Source: Flavobacteriales bacterium UBA6772
GTDB lineage: Bacteria; Bacteroidota; Bacteroidia; Flavobacteriales; Flavobacteriaceae
Assembly (NCBI GenBank): GCA_905181765.1
Contig: CAJIYW010000005.1
Span: 183,837-247,836 of the forward strand
Reading direction: 5' to 3'
DNA length: 64,000 nucleotides
Shown: positions 43,913 to 56,194 of the stretch, piece after piece
Position numbering within the stretch: the stretch's first letter is position 1
Layout: each line of letters begins with the position of its first letter
Translations under genes and position numbers: made by a program
Notes under the pieces: model-generated
What the model saw: only the letters and a program-made list of their open reading frames with translations
What the model was told of the DNA's origin: nothing
Databases searched by the model: none

Positions 43913-44896
43913 ATGAAAAATTTATTTTCAATATTTATTGTAGCAGTTTTACTAACTTCTTGCACAGGAACAGATAAGTTTGTGTTAAGAAATTCTCTTG
44001 GGAAAGTAAATAAAGTAATGGTAGTTACTAAAGTTAGCGACTGGAACGGAGATGTAGGTTCTGCAATTAGAAATTCTTTTGGCGATTTAGTAATTGGTCT
44101 TCCGCAACCAGAACCAGTGCTTTCTGTCTCTCAGATTGCGCCAAATGGTCTTAACTCTATGATGAAGGTTTCTAGAAATATTCTAATTATAGGTAAAGGT
44201 GAAAAAGAAGATTTTTATATAAAAAAGAATGTATATGCCCAACCACAAATTATTATTTATGTTTACGGAACAGATGATGCAAGCATTATAAAAATATTTA
44301 ACAAGCATAAAAAAGAAATTATAGATGCTTATATCTCTTCGGATATATTAATGACTCAGAATATTTTTAAGAGGAAGAAATTAGATGATTCTCAATTTAA
44401 AACACTTCAAAATTTAGGCGTTTCTTTTACTGCTCCAGGAAATTTTAAAACCGTAGATGATACAGGAGATTTCTTATGGTTACGACAACACTTAACTAGC
44501 GGAATTGCAAAAACAGGGAGTAATAATATTTTAGTGTATTCAGTTCCTATAGAAGACGAAACTAAAATTGCTGAAAATATTATTGCAGTTAGAAATAGTA
44601 TTGGTAAAAAGTACATACCTGGCACAGATCCAGAAACAATGCATATGATTACAGAAGAGGCATACACACCTTTTACTTCTGAGGTTGTTCTAGATGGTAA
44701 AAAAACTTTTGAAACAAGAGGTAAATGGGAAGTGAAAAATGATTTTATGGCAGGACCATTTTTAAATTACTCTGTAGTTGATAAGAAGAATAATAGGATT
44801 ATAGTTTTTGAAGGTTTTACGTATGCTCCTTCCGTTAATAAAAGAGCTTTTTTGTTTGAGTTAGAAGCAATTGCAAAATCTATGAAGATTAAATAA
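43913..44896 (+). CDS. DUF4837-family lipoprotein
   Basis: LTSC lipobox, GLPQPEP, RG.WE...DFMAGPF, EGFTYAPS..KR. Confidence 0.8.
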   Translation: MKNLFSIFIVAVLLTSCTGTDKFVLRNSLGKVNKVMVVTKVSDWNGDVGSAIRNSFGDLVIGLPQPEPVLSVSQIAPNGLNSMMKVSRNILIIGKGEKEDFYIKKNVYAQPQIIIYVYGTDDASIIKIFNKHKKEIIDAYISSDILMTQNIFKRKKLDDSQFKTLQNLGVSFTAPGNFKTVDDTGDFLWLRQHLTSGIAKTGSNNILVYSVPIEDETKIAENIIAVRNSIGKKYIPGTDPETMHMITEEAYTPFTSEVVLDGKKTFETRGKWEVKNDFMAGPFLNYSVVDKKNNRIIVFEGFTYAPSVNKRAFLFELEAIAKSMKIK

Positions 44897-44924
44897 CTAT
44901 TTTATGTTTCAATAGTAGTGCTTA

Positions 44925-45893
44925 TTAATACCCTATTTTTTTTCGTAACCTCTTTATAACTTTGCTTGCTGTTGCACTTGCTTTTTCTGCTCCAATGCTT
45001 AGTGCTTCATCAATCTCATGTTTGTTTTCCATGAAGTGATTGTACTTTGTTCTAACCGTTGCAAATTTCTCTATGATTAACTCATATAAAGCCTGTTTTG
45101 CGTGACCATAACCATAATTTCCACCTTCATAATTTGCTCTCATTTCTTTAATTTGAGTAGCTGAAGCTAGTAGTTTATATAAAGCAAATACGTTATCAGT
45201 ATCAGGGTTTTTTGGATCTTCCAAGGCCAAGCTATCGGTTTTAATTCCCATAATTTGTTTGCGTAATTTTTTATCTGTAAGAAAAATATTGATGGTATTG
45301 TTTCTAGATTTACTCATTTTTTCACCATCAATTCCTGGAACTAATTTTGTGTGTTCTTGTATTTTTGCTTTTGGTAAAACCAATGTTTCTCCTAGAACGT
45401 TATTTATTCTACTGGCAACATCTCTTGTCATTTCTAAATGCTGTAACTGATCTTTACCAACAGGAACAATTTCTGCATCATACAGTAAGATATCCGCCGC
45501 CATTAACATTGGATAGGTAAATAACCCAGCATTTACATCTCCTAATCGGTCTGATTTATCTTTAAAACTATGAGCTAATGTTAGTCTTTGAAAAGGAAAG
45601 TAGCAACTTAAATACCAAGTTAGTTCTGCTGTTTGAGGAACATCACTCTGTCTATAAAAAACAGTTTTATTAATATCTAAACCACAGGCTAGCCAAGTTG
45701 CAGCAGTGCTGTAGGTGTTTTCTCTTAATTCTTTTCCGTCTTTAATTTGAGTTAAAGAATGCATATCTGCAATAAATAAATAAGCTTCATTTTCTGGGTT
45801 ATTTGCCATTTCTACTGCTGGTAATATGGCGCCCAGTAAATTCCCTAAATGCGGTGTTCCTGTACTTTGAACACCTGTTAAAATTCTTGACAT
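44925..45893 (-). CDS. trpS: Tryptophan--tRNA ligase
   Basis: HLGN, YPMLMAADIL, KMSKS. Confidence 0.97.
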   Translation of the reverse strand: MSRILTGVQSTGTPHLGNLLGAILPAVEMANNPENEAYLFIADMHSLTQIKDGKELRENTYSTAATWLACGLDINKTVFYRQSDVPQTAELTWYLSCYFPFQRLTLAHSFKDKSDRLGDVNAGLFTYPMLMAADILLYDAEIVPVGKDQLQHLEMTRDVASRINNVLGETLVLPKAKIQEHTKLVPGIDGEKMSKSRNNTINIFLTDKKLRKQIMGIKTDSLALEDPKNPDTDNVFALYKLLASATQIKEMRANYEGGNYGYGHAKQALYELIIEKFATVRTKYNHFMENKHEIDEALSIGAEKASATASKVIKRLRKKIGY

Positions 45894-46112
45894 TAATTTT
45901 TATTTTTGATACCTTTATAATCGTTAGATATTTAAGTTCTTCTAATCAGCACAAAATACAAATAAGTGAGGTATTAGAACAATCTATGAAAGCAAAAATA
46001 AGGTTTTGATTAGGAAAATCAATAAACAAAAAGAATATTAGTATTTTTGTTTACTTATTGAGGTTTAAATTAAGAATTAGAAACTTCATTTTTTTGACTT
46101 TTAAATAAACTA

Positions 46113-46901
46113 TTGAAAATTATAATATATTCTGTGAAATTTATAAAAGTTCCTTTATTTTTAATCTGGCGAATGTGGTTTGGCATTTTAATGTTTATTT
46201 CTCTTGTACTGTTCTTCCCTTTTTTATTAATATTTTCCTTTAAAGAAGAGCATTATCATATCTTTTGGAGATTTGCGAGAATTCTTTCTAGAATATTAAT
46301 TCATGGAATGGGCTTTCGCTTAAAGTTTGAATCAAATCAAAATATAGATCTTAATAAAAGCTATATGTATTGTCCAAATCATGGTTCTTTGTTAGATCCT
46401 TTTGTGTTAATTGCTTTGAGTAAAAAACCAATTGTATTTGTAGGTAAAAAGGAATTGGCAAGGATTCCTGTTTTTGGTTTTTTTTATAAGAGAACAGCAA
46501 TTTTGGTAGACAGAAGTAGCGTAGAAAGTAGAAAACGTGTTTTTAAAATGGCTAAAAAAAGATTACAAAATGGGGTGAGTATGGCTATTTTCCCAGAAGG
46601 ATTAGTGCCTACTGAAGATGTGATTTTAGCACCTTTTAAAAAAGGAGCATTTAGTTTAGCAATAGAGTTTGAAATACCAATTATTCCTCAAGTTTATTAT
46701 GACTGTAAGCGTTTTTTTTCTTGGGATATTTTTAAGGGAAGACCAGGTACTTTAAGAATACATCAGCACAATTTTATAGAAACAAAAGGTTTGTCTTTGG
46801 CAAAAGATATGGAGGTCTTAAAAGATAAAACATTTCATCTTATTTACAATGAATTAGAAAAAGATGCTGAATATATGAAAGATACAAATAGAAAAAGATG
46901 A
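46113..46901 (+). CDS. plsC: Lysophospholipid (1-acyl-G3P) acyltransferase
   Basis: NHGSLLD, FPEG, PFKKGAF. Confidence 0.88.
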   Translation: MKIIIYSVKFIKVPLFLIWRMWFGILMFISLVLFFPFLLIFSFKEEHYHIFWRFARILSRILIHGMGFRLKFESNQNIDLNKSYMYCPNHGSLLDPFVLIALSKKPIVFVGKKELARIPVFGFFYKRTAILVDRSSVESRKRVFKMAKKRLQNGVSMAIFPEGLVPTEDVILAPFKKGAFSLAIEFEIPIIPQVYYDCKRFFSWDIFKGRPGTLRIHQHNFIETKGLSLAKDMEVLKDKTFHLIYNELEKDAEYMKDTNRKR

Positions 46902-47536
46902 GTGAAAAACTAAACTACACCTATAGTAAAATTGAAGAAAAATTAAATATTTGGTCTCATGCTTTTGGCTTATTATTAAGCATTATTGCTTTTCCTTTTT
47001 TAGTTATAAAATCATTTAATTTTGATGGTTTTTGGAAACCTACAAGCTTTATAGTTTATGGTTTTAGCCTAATTATATTATACGCAGCTTCTACATTTTA
47101 TCATGCAGCAACAGTGCCTAAGAAGAGGAGAAAGCTAAATATTGTTGATCATGCAGCAATTTATGTTCTAATTGCAGGCAGTTATACGCCCTTTTACCTT
47201 GTGGGTTTAGACTCTAGTTTAGGAAACTATATGTTTGTTTTTGTTTGGCTTTTTGCATTAGTTGGTGTTGTTCTGAAATTATTCTTTACCGGTAAATTTG
47301 ATAAATTATCTACAGCAATGTACTTACTAATGGGGTGGCAAGTTGTCTTCTTTATAAACCCTTTAATAGAAAGCCTATCTACTTTTAGTTTAAACTATTT
47401 ATTTATAGGAGGTGTGTTTTACAGTATTGGAGCCGTATTGTATATGATAAAAAGACTACCGTACAACCATGCAATTTTTCATCTTTTTGTTCTTTTAGGA
47501 AGTTTTAGTCACTTCTTGGCAATCTATTTCTTGTAG
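46898..47536 (+). CDS. Hemolysin III/PAQR family membrane protein
   Basis: EE.LNIWSH, STFYH, DHAAIYVLIAGSYTP, HAIFHLFV. Confidence 0.92.
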   Translation: MSEKLNYTYSKIEEKLNIWSHAFGLLLSIIAFPFLVIKSFNFDGFWKPTSFIVYGFSLIILYAASTFYHAATVPKKRRKLNIVDHAAIYVLIAGSYTPFYLVGLDSSLGNYMFVFVWLFALVGVVLKLFFTGKFDKLSTAMYLLMGWQVVFFINPLIESLSTFSLNYLFIGGVFYSIGAVLYMIKRLPYNHAIFHLFVLLGSFSHFLAIYFL

Positions 47537-47554
47537 TAGATTTTTATTTTACAA

Positions 47555-48025
47555 TCACCAGTTTTTAAATGGAAGTTTACTGATACTAGAATTATAATAT
47601 TTTAATACTCCAGTAACCTCTTTGGCTAACCAATTTGGTTTATCGAATGTCTCATTTTCAAAATTCAACTCTATTTCTGCAACAATTAAACCTAAGTTAT
47701 CTCCTAAAAATTCATCCACTTCAAAAGTATGCTTTCCTTTTTTTATTAAATAGCGGTGTTTTTCGATAATGCTTGGTTCACATAAAAGTAGCAGTTCTTC
47801 AGCTTCAGAAAGAGCTATCTCCTTTTCCCATTCAAATCTTGTAGTACCCGCTTTGTTAGATTTTCCTTTAATGGTTAAAAAAGCTTTGGTATTAGAAACT
47901 CTTACTCGTACGGTTCTATTTTTATCAGCGTTTAAATATCCCTGCTTAATATATTTCTTTTCGAAACTTTCTATTTTAAAATCTAAGTTTTTTACTAAAA
48001 ATTTTCTTTCTATTTCTAAGCTCAT
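47555..48025 (-). CDS. CYTH domain protein
   Basis: EIERKFLV, VRVR, AEIEL. Confidence 0.92.
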   Translation of the reverse strand: MSLEIERKFLVKNLDFKIESFEKKYIKQGYLNADKNRTVRVRVSNTKAFLTIKGKSNKAGTTRFEWEKEIALSEAEELLLLCEPSIIEKHRYLIKKGKHTFEVDEFLGDNLGLIVAEIELNFENETFDKPNWLAKEVTGVLKYYNSSISKLPFKNW

Positions 48026-48111
48026 AAAATCTGATTCAATTTTGTACTAATGTAGTATGTTTTAGCGTTATTGTAACAATAAATAAATATCTTTGAATTA
48101 TAAATTTTTTG

Positions 48112-50424
48112 ATGAAAAAAATCTTTTCTCTTTATATATTACTTTTTTCTCTAGTAATATCTGCACAAACAGATTATAGTGCTTCTTGGGAAGATTTTTA
48201 CTCCTATAATAATGTAAAAGACTTTACAAAGGTAGATACTATAATTTATGCATTAACAGATAATGCAATTTTTACGTATAATGTTTTAAGTGGTGAAATT
48301 AATAAAATTTCTTCGATACAAGGTTTGTCCGGTGAAACAACTTCTGCAATCTATTATAATGAAACGTTTAAAAGAGTTGTTATTGGTTATGAAAATGGGT
48401 TAGTAGAGGTTATTGACGATGACGGTTCTATTACTATTTCATCAGATATTGTTAATTTTAATCAATCTGGAGAGAAAAGTATCAATCATATTTCTGAATT
48501 CAATAACAAACTTTATTTATCCACGCCTTTTGCAGTGGTAGTTTATGATATAGAAAACTTAGAGTTTGGTGATACTTATTTTATTGGAAATAATTCTTCT
48601 TCCGTAAAATAAATCGAAACGATAATTTCTAATGATATTATTTATGCAGCAACAGAAGATGGTGTTTTTAAAGCAGATATAACAAGTAACTTATTAATAG
48701 ACTTTAATAATTGGCAGCAGATTATTTAATGGTAGAGATTTTAAAGGGATTAGCTATTTTAAGAATGATTTATATGTTATAGAAAATTCAAAACTATTTA
48801 CTTTTGATGGAAGCTAGTTTAACTGAAAAAGTAAATTTTAACAAAGAAATAAAAAACATAAAATCTACGACTACAAACCTATGTATTTCTTTAGATAAAG
48901 AAGCAAGAATCTATGACAGTTCTATGAATTTAGTTCAGGATTTACTCCAGAATTTAGAGTATGATTATTCACTAAACACTGCTTTTTTTGAAGATGATAT
49001 GGTTTTTTTAGCAACTAAAGAATTTGGAATTTTAGAGACAACAATTTCTCAACCTACTACTTATTCAGAAATACATCCTGAGGGTCCTTTATCGAATGCT
49101 GTTTTCTCTATTACTGCTCAAAACAATAATTTTTGGGTTGTTTATGGGGGTTATATCGTGCTTATTCACCATTAATAAAAAGGTTTCAGCAACTTTAATG
49201 GAGAAAGTTGGATAAATACTAATTTCTAATTTCCAATTAAAAGATTTAGAGATCATGTAACTATAGATCCTAATGCCAAAAACAAGTCTATATAAGTTCT
49301 TTTGGTACAAGTAATAACATAATTCTCAAGCTACGGAGGCCTTTTAGTTGTTGAAAACAATGAATTAGTGAATTTTATAATCACAAAACAGTCCTTAGAA
49401 GATCCATAATTTAATATTCAACAAGTAAATATTAGTGTTTGGCTGCTTTTGACAGATCGGAAATCTTTGGGTTACTAGTATGCACAGGCTCAAGGAGTTA
49501 AAAACTTACTCAATGAGTGCAAATGGTCTAGTTAGATTTAGCAGTTTGCAAACAAATGCAGCTAGCAAGGCTTAACTGAAGTTGTTGTAGATCGAAATAA
49601 TAGTATTTGGATAGGTTCTAGGCGAAATGGAGCTTATGTTTATAATGAAAACGGAAACCGAAAAAAAGCTTTAATTGCAACACCTAATGAAGGAAATTTG
49701 CCAGATTTAAACGTAAGAACTATTGCTGTAGATAGAAGTAATAGAATTTGGTTGGGTACAAAATCTGGATTGGTAGTGTATAGCAATGCATCTGGTGTTT
49801 TTGATGAGGTAGCTACAAATGCGCAACCTGTTGTTATTAATGGAGATGAAAATGGTTTTGGAGATCGTCTATTGGGTGACCAAACAATTAATTCTATTGT
49901 AGTAGATGGGGCAGATAATAAGTGGTTTGGCACAGACAGAGGAGGTGTTCTTTGCACAAATCCAAGCGGACAAAATACAATTGCAATTTTCAGTAAAAAA
50001 AACTCACCATTGCCTTCTAATAGGATTTTAAAAATTAGTGATAGACAAAGAAGCAGGTAAAGTTTATTTTGCAACAGATAAGGGCATTGTTGCTTACAAT
50101 AGTAATGTTGCACCTTTTGGAGATGTATTAGAGGCTGTTTACGCATATCCAAACCCTGCGCTTAAAAATCATTAAACTGTTACTATAGACGGAAGGAATG
50201 GTACCCATTTACCAAAAGGAACAAATGTAAAAATTCTTGATGTTGCTGGAAATTTAGTGCATGAAACAAATGTTATAGAAGGGCAAGAACTGCAAGGGGG
50301 AAAAGTAGTTTGGAATAAACGAAACTTGGCAGGAAATAAGGTAGCTTCTGGTATTTATATTGTGTTACTTAGTAATGATGATGCATCAGAAACTGCTGTC
50401 ACAAAAATTGCTATTATTAATTAG
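48112..50424 (+). CDS. porZ: T9SS component PorZ (many indels ~49150-49570; in-frame TAA at 50173)
   Basis: W..FYSY N-terminus, beta-propeller repeats VDGADNKWFGT..GGV, NSPLPSN, YAYPNP CTD; directly upstream of recO. Confidence 0.8.
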
Positions 50425-51147
50425 ATGGCTACCATAACCACAAAAGCAATTGTGCTAAGTAGCTTAAAATATAGCGACACTAGTTTAATAGTGAAATGTT
50501 ATACTGAGCAAGAAGGTATCAAATCTTATATTATAAAAGGTGTTTTAAAAGCAAAAAAAGGCGGAATTAAAGTCGCTTATTTTCAGCCATTAACACAATT
50601 AATTTTGGTTGCAAATCATAGTTCTAAAAGTTCGCTTAATACTCTAAAAGAAGTTCAAATTTTAAACCCTTACAAAACAATTTATAGAGACATTGTAAAA
50701 CAATCTGTGGTGTTGTTTATGTCTGAAGTATTTTCTAATAGTATACAAGAAGAAGAAAAGAATGAAGATTTTTACACTTATTTAGAAGCGGGTTTAATAT
50801 GGTTAGATGCTCATGATAAAATAGCTAATTTTCATTTACTGTTTTTATTAAATGCTGCCCATTTTTTGGGTTTCTACCCAAACACGTCAGAAGCCACACT
50901 TTTGGGTTTTGATTTGTTAAATGGAAACTTTTCAGAACCAACAGGTCATAAAAATATTATTTCTGGGAACGAATTTTATCAATTTAAAAAGCTGTTAGGC
51001 ATAACTTTTGATACAATTGAAGATGTGTCTTTTAGTAAAAATGAAAGGCAGCTTGTATTACAGATTATAATCAGATATTTTGAATTACATTTGGATGGCT
51101 TTAGAAAACCGAAATCATTACAAATTTTAGAAGCAGTTTTTAATTAA
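50425..51147 (+). CDS. recO: DNA repair protein RecO
   Basis: TKAIVL...KYSDTSLIV, YFQPL, KPKSLQIL. Confidence 0.93.
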   Translation: MATITTKAIVLSSLKYSDTSLIVKCYTEQEGIKSYIIKGVLKAKKGGIKVAYFQPLTQLILVANHSSKSSLNTLKEVQILNPYKTIYRDIVKQSVVLFMSEVFSNSIQEEEKNEDFYTYLEAGLIWLDAHDKIANFHLLFLLNAAHFLGFYPNTSEATLLGFDLLNGNFSEPTGHKNIISGNEFYQFKKLLGITFDTIEDVSFSKNERQLVLQIIIRYFELHLDGFRKPKSLQILEAVFN

Positions 51148-53624
51148 TGAAAAATTTATTTTTTACAATTATTTTTTTTATCAGTGGATTTATGCTTGCA
51201 CAAAAAGTAAAAGTTTTAGATCAGCAAACTGGTAAAATCGTTAAAAATACTACTATTTTTAACGATAAAGAAACTATTAATATAACTACAGATGTTAATG
51301 GATTTGCAGATATTTCTGAATTTAAAAATAATGAGATTGTAGTTTTTTCACATCTTTCCTATGCGGTTTTAAGAATAAAAAAATCTATTATTAAATCTAA
51401 AAATTACATTATTTACTTAACTAAAGAATCAGAACAGTTAGATGAAGTAGTAATTTCTCTGTTTAAAAAAGAAGAGAAAACAGCTAGAATTGCAGAACAA
51501 ATTGCTGTTTTAAATGCACGAGATATACAGAAAGTATCACCGCAAACATCTGCAGATTTATTAGCAACAATACCTGGGTATAAAAGTACAGAAATCTCAA
51601 TTTGGTGGAGGAAGTCCTGTAATTCGAGGAATGGAATCTAACCGAGTTTTGTTGGTGGTTGATGGTGTTAGGATGAACAATGCTATTTATAGAAAAGGAC
51701 ACTTACAAAGCTCAATTACGGTAACGCCAAACATGTTAGATAAAACAGAAGTTGTCTTTGGACCTTCTTCTGTAGTGTATGGCTCTGATGCTTTGGGGGG
51801 TGTAATTCATTATTATACAAAAACTCCAAAATTATCTCAAGAAAATGAAGTTGAAAGTCAGTTATTTTCTAGTTTTTCGACGGTAAATCAAGAAGTTACA
51901 ACGAATGTGTCTGCGGAGATTCGGAAAGAAAATTGGGCATCCTTAACAAGTGTTTCTTATAGTGACTTTGGCGATTTGAAAGCGGGTAAAAAACGTTCGC
52001 ATGGTTTTAAAGACTGGGGAAGAGTCTTTTTCTTTTCAGAAAATATTAATGGAAACTACAATGAAAACCCTACAAAAAATTCTAATTCAAATATTCAGAG
52101 AAATACCGGGTATAAGCAAACAGATGTTTTGCAAAAATTCTTTATACCCTTATCAAAAATACAGATTTAAAAGTAAATCTTCAATACTCAACATCATCAG
52201 ACATCCCTAGATTTGATAGATTGACTGAGCTTAAAGATGGAGATATTGAAATTTGCAGAATGGTTCTATGGGCCACAAAAAAGATTTTTAGCATCTACTC
52301 AACTAATTTTAAATCCTTCTAAAAGCTGGTTAGAAAGCGGTGTGATAACAGCGGCATATCAGAATTTAGAAGAAAGTAGAATTCAACGAAAATTTGGCAG
52401 TTTAAATAGGTTCTATAGAGAAGAAGCAGTAGATGTTTTTAGCCTTAACGGAGATTTTTCAATAGCATTAACAGCAGATAAAAGAAGAACACTTTCTTAT
52501 GGTTTTGAGTTTGCTTATAATGATGTGAATTCGAATGCATACGGTAAAGAATTAAACATTGTAAACGGAGAGATAGATGGGTTTTCAAATGATTTTAAAG
52601 TCGCAATCTCGTTATCCCGACGGGGGTAGTAACTATCTAAGCTCTGCAGCTTACATAGATTACAGACAAGATATTAATAGCAAATCTACTTTAAATTCTG
52701 GTATTCGTTTTACAAATACAAACTTAAATGCAACCTGGATAGATCAAACATTTATACATTTAGCAGAAACCAATATTCAAGCAAATCATTCTGCTGTAAC
52801 TGCAACATTAGGGTATGTATACAAGCCTAATAAAAACTGGCAAATAAATAGTGTTATATCTTCAGGTTTTAGAGCTCCAAATATAGACGATATAGGCAGG
52901 GTTAGAGAAAAGGCAGGCACTGTCACAGTGCCAAATGTTAGTGTTACACCAGAATTTGCTTACAACGCAGAAATTGGAGTTCAGAAATATTTTAATGATA
53001 AAAAATTCCGTTTTGGTGCTAATATTTATTACACTTTATTAGATAATTATATTCAAAGAGATTTTGTTTATAATACTAAATGGAAGCATTAAGCAAGTAG
53101 AGTTTGATGGCGAATTTGGGAATGCTATCTCTAATCAGAATAAAGACAAGGCTTATATTACAGGTTTTACCGCCAATTACTTAGGTAAGATTTCTAATTC
53201 TTGGAGGACTTCTGGTTTTATAACGTATACGAAAGGAAAAACCTATGATACCAATGAGCCAATGTCTTCAATTCCACCTTTATTTGGGCAGTTTGAACTA
53301 AATCATAAGGTAGATAGATTTGAGCTGGGTGCAGCTATTCGTTTTAACGCGAAGAAAAATATTAAAGATTTTAATATCACAGAGGGAATAGATAATCATG
53401 ATTTAACTCCCATTGTAAATGAAAATACAACTGAGGATTTGCTTAAATATGCTGGCTCACCGAGTTGGATTACTGCAGGTTTAAATTTTAGGTTTGAAGT
53501 AAATAATAATTTCTCAGTGTTGGCAAGGTTAGATAATTTATTAAACGAACACTATATAGAGTTTGCATCTGGCGTTGCTTCTCCAGGAAGAAATCTGTCG
53601 GTTTCTTTTATGGTTAATTTTTAA
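51147..53624 (+). CDS. TonB-dependent receptor (several frameshifts)
   Basis: LDEVVIS, plug GGGSPVIRG.E.NRVLLVVDG, GPSSVVYGSDALGG, GFRAPN.DD, terminal Phe. Confidence 0.9.
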
Positions 53625-53690
53625 TAGGAGTAAATACTTCACTTTTAAAATAAATTATAATACTTTTTGTATTTTTAGCATAAATAGAAA

Positions 53691-54706
53691 ATGATACACC
53701 CTAAAAAAGAAAGAATAAATTGGATAGATTTACTAAAGGGATTTGGTATACTTTTAGTTATTTACGGGCATAACTTACCATACTTAGAGAACTATATTTA
53801 TAGTTTTCATATGCCTCTATTTTTTTTTATCAGTGGATTAATGCATCCTAATAAAATAAATTTTGAAGTAATAAAAAAGAGAGCTAAACAAATTTTGGCA
53901 CCTTACTTTTTATGGAGTTTTTTATTATTTTTATTTTGGTTTTTTATAGGTAGAAAATTTGGTGATTCTGCTACTTTAGATTTAAGTGTCTTTAAAAATT
54001 TTATAGGTATTTTTTATGCACAAGGAGGTCATGAGTATATGAATTGGGGGCTACCAATGTGGTTTTTACCTGCTATTTTTTCTAATTTTTTAATTTTTGG
54101 TTTTATAAAAAAGTTAGAAAAAAAAAAAAAATCAAATTTTATCCGTTTTATTTTTAATTAGTTTGGGCATTTTAATCTAAAGTTTTTAAAATTAATATTA
54201 TATTTTTCTTTTTTGTTTCTTTTGTTTCTTTATTTTTTTATGCCTCAGCATTTTATCTAAAGGGTTTTATTTTAAATATTAATATGAAATATGAAATAGC
54301 TTATCTTTTAGTGTTGTTTTTAATTCACCTATTCATTTCACTTAATATTTTTGATAAAGTAGATATGTATAGATCTATATATGGAAATGAACTTTTATTC
54401 TTAGTAAATGCAGGCATTGGAATTTGTTTTTGGGTATTGATTTTTAAAAGGATAAAAAAGTTTTTTTTATTAGGTTTTTTAGGTAAAAATACAATTCCTA
54501 TTTTGGCTATGCACACAAGATCATTAACAGTTATTAAATTTATTTTATTAGTATTTTATGCTTCAAAGTCTTTTGAATTTAGTGAGGTTGAGAAAATAAT
54601 CCTTATATTTTTACAAATAATTATCATGTATCCTATTATTATATTTATTAATAAAAAAACACCAATTTTGAATGGAAAAATCAAAGACCTGGAAGCAAGA
54701 GATTAA
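53691..54706 (+). CDS. Acyltransferase-3 family membrane protein (broken ~54120-54240)
   Basis: RINWIDLLKG.GILLVI.GH, IYSFHMPLFFFISG, MWFLP, FLGKNT. Confidence 0.85.
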
Positions 54707-56183
54707 ATTTCATCTAGGGTTACATCTTTTAATTGCTGTTTTTATAACGATTGCTTCTTACGTGCATTTTCCTTTTGGAAGTTCTAAAGGAAACTTTGTT
54801 TATCTCGTTCATTTTTTATTGCTTCATTTTTCTTTATTCGGCTTCATTTATATCTTTAGTTTATTTAATAAGATATTTAAAATTTTATTTCCAATTTTAT
54901 TTATTGTAGTTTCTTCTTTTTCTTATTGGGTATATACTCAAGATCTTACTATAGGAGTAGGAATGATTCAGGCAATTTTAGAAACAAATACTGATATTGC
55001 TATTGATGTTTTTAGTTATCAGTTTATTATTTTTCTCTTAGTTTCTTCATTTAGTATTTTTTATTTTTTTAAATGCAATAAAAAATTAAGAATTAGTAGT
55101 CTTACATCTCCACTTTTTTTTATTTCAATAATAGGTGTTTTAACATTTTTTGTGGTAGAAAACTATAAGTATGATGCATTTAAGAATAGACTTCCATACA
55201 GTATTTTTTTTAATTCTATGAAGTATTTTAAAGAGTCTAGTATTAAGTTGAGAGAGGTAACAGCGAAAGTAAGTACTAAAGAAGAAAATTTGCATGTGGT
55301 ACTAGTTATTGGGGAGTCTGTTAGATCAGATCATTTATTTTTGAACGGCTATAATAGAAATACAAATCCGTTACTAGCTCAACAAAAAAACTTAATTAGT
55401 TTCAAAGAAGTATTTACTCCTTATACTTTTACAGCACAAAGCGTTCCGCAAATTTTAACAGATAAATCTATAGATAATAAACAAAAAAAGCAAGAATTTA
55501 CAAGTCTTTATAGTGTTTTAAATAAGGCTTCTTTTAAGACAGAATGGATTGGAAATCAGTCGCTAGAAAGAAGCTATAAAGATGTTATTTATTCTAATAC
55601 TTCTAAAACTATTATAGATGAATTTCACTCTTTCTTAAGTTTTAAAAAGGAAAAAGACTTAGCTCTATTGAACTACTTTTCTTTGCATAATAATACTCTA
55701 GAGAATAGAATATCTACGTTACATATGATTGGAAGTCATTGGTATTATAACAATAGGGTTACTAGTAATTTTGAGTACTTTAAGCCTATTACAAATAGTA
55801 AATATTTTGGATCTTTAGAAAAAGAAACACTTATTAACTCCTACGATAATACAATTGTATATTTAGATTTTTTTTTAAACGAGCTCATTCAGAAATTAAA
55901 AAAATCTACTAAAAAGACAATATTAATCTATATTTCAGATCATGGAGAAACGCTTGGCGAAGACGGTAAATGGTTGCACGCGCAAGAGCATAATGCTTCA
56001 AAAAACCCAGCAATGTTAGTCTGGTTTTCTAATAATTTTAAAAAAAGCTATCCTTTAGAAATTCAAAAACTAATATCTAAAAAACAAGATTCAATTACCA
56101 CAGATTTCTTGTTTCATAGCATCTTAGATATTAGTAAAATAGAAAACTATAAGTATTTAAAAAATCAAAGTATATTTAATTAG
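54672..56183 (+). CDS. Phosphoethanolamine transferase (EptA-like sulfatase family)
   Basis: N-terminal TMs, VIGESVR.DH..LNGY.R.TNP, LHMIGSH, YDNTI.Y.D, SDHGE. Confidence 0.88.
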   Translation: MEKSKTWKQEIKFHLGLHLLIAVFITIASYVHFPFGSSKGNFVYLVHFLLLHFSLFGFIYIFSLFNKIFKILFPILFIVVSSFSYWVYTQDLTIGVGMIQAILETNTDIAIDVFSYQFIIFLLVSSFSIFYFFKCNKKLRISSLTSPLFFISIIGVLTFFVVENYKYDAFKNRLPYSIFFNSMKYFKESSIKLREVTAKVSTKEENLHVVLVIGESVRSDHLFLNGYNRNTNPLLAQQKNLISFKEVFTPYTFTAQSVPQILTDKSIDNKQKKQEFTSLYSVLNKASFKTEWIGNQSLERSYKDVIYSNTSKTIIDEFHSFLSFKKEKDLALLNYFSLHNNTLENRISTLHMIGSHWYYNNRVTSNFEYFKPITNSKYFGSLEKETLINSYDNTIVYLDFFLNELIQKLKKSTKKTILIYISDHGETLGEDGKWLHAQEHNASKNPAMLVWFSNNFKKSYPLEIQKLISKKQDSITTDFLFHSILDISKIENYKYLKNQSIFN

Positions 56184-56194
56184 TATGCTGTAGT

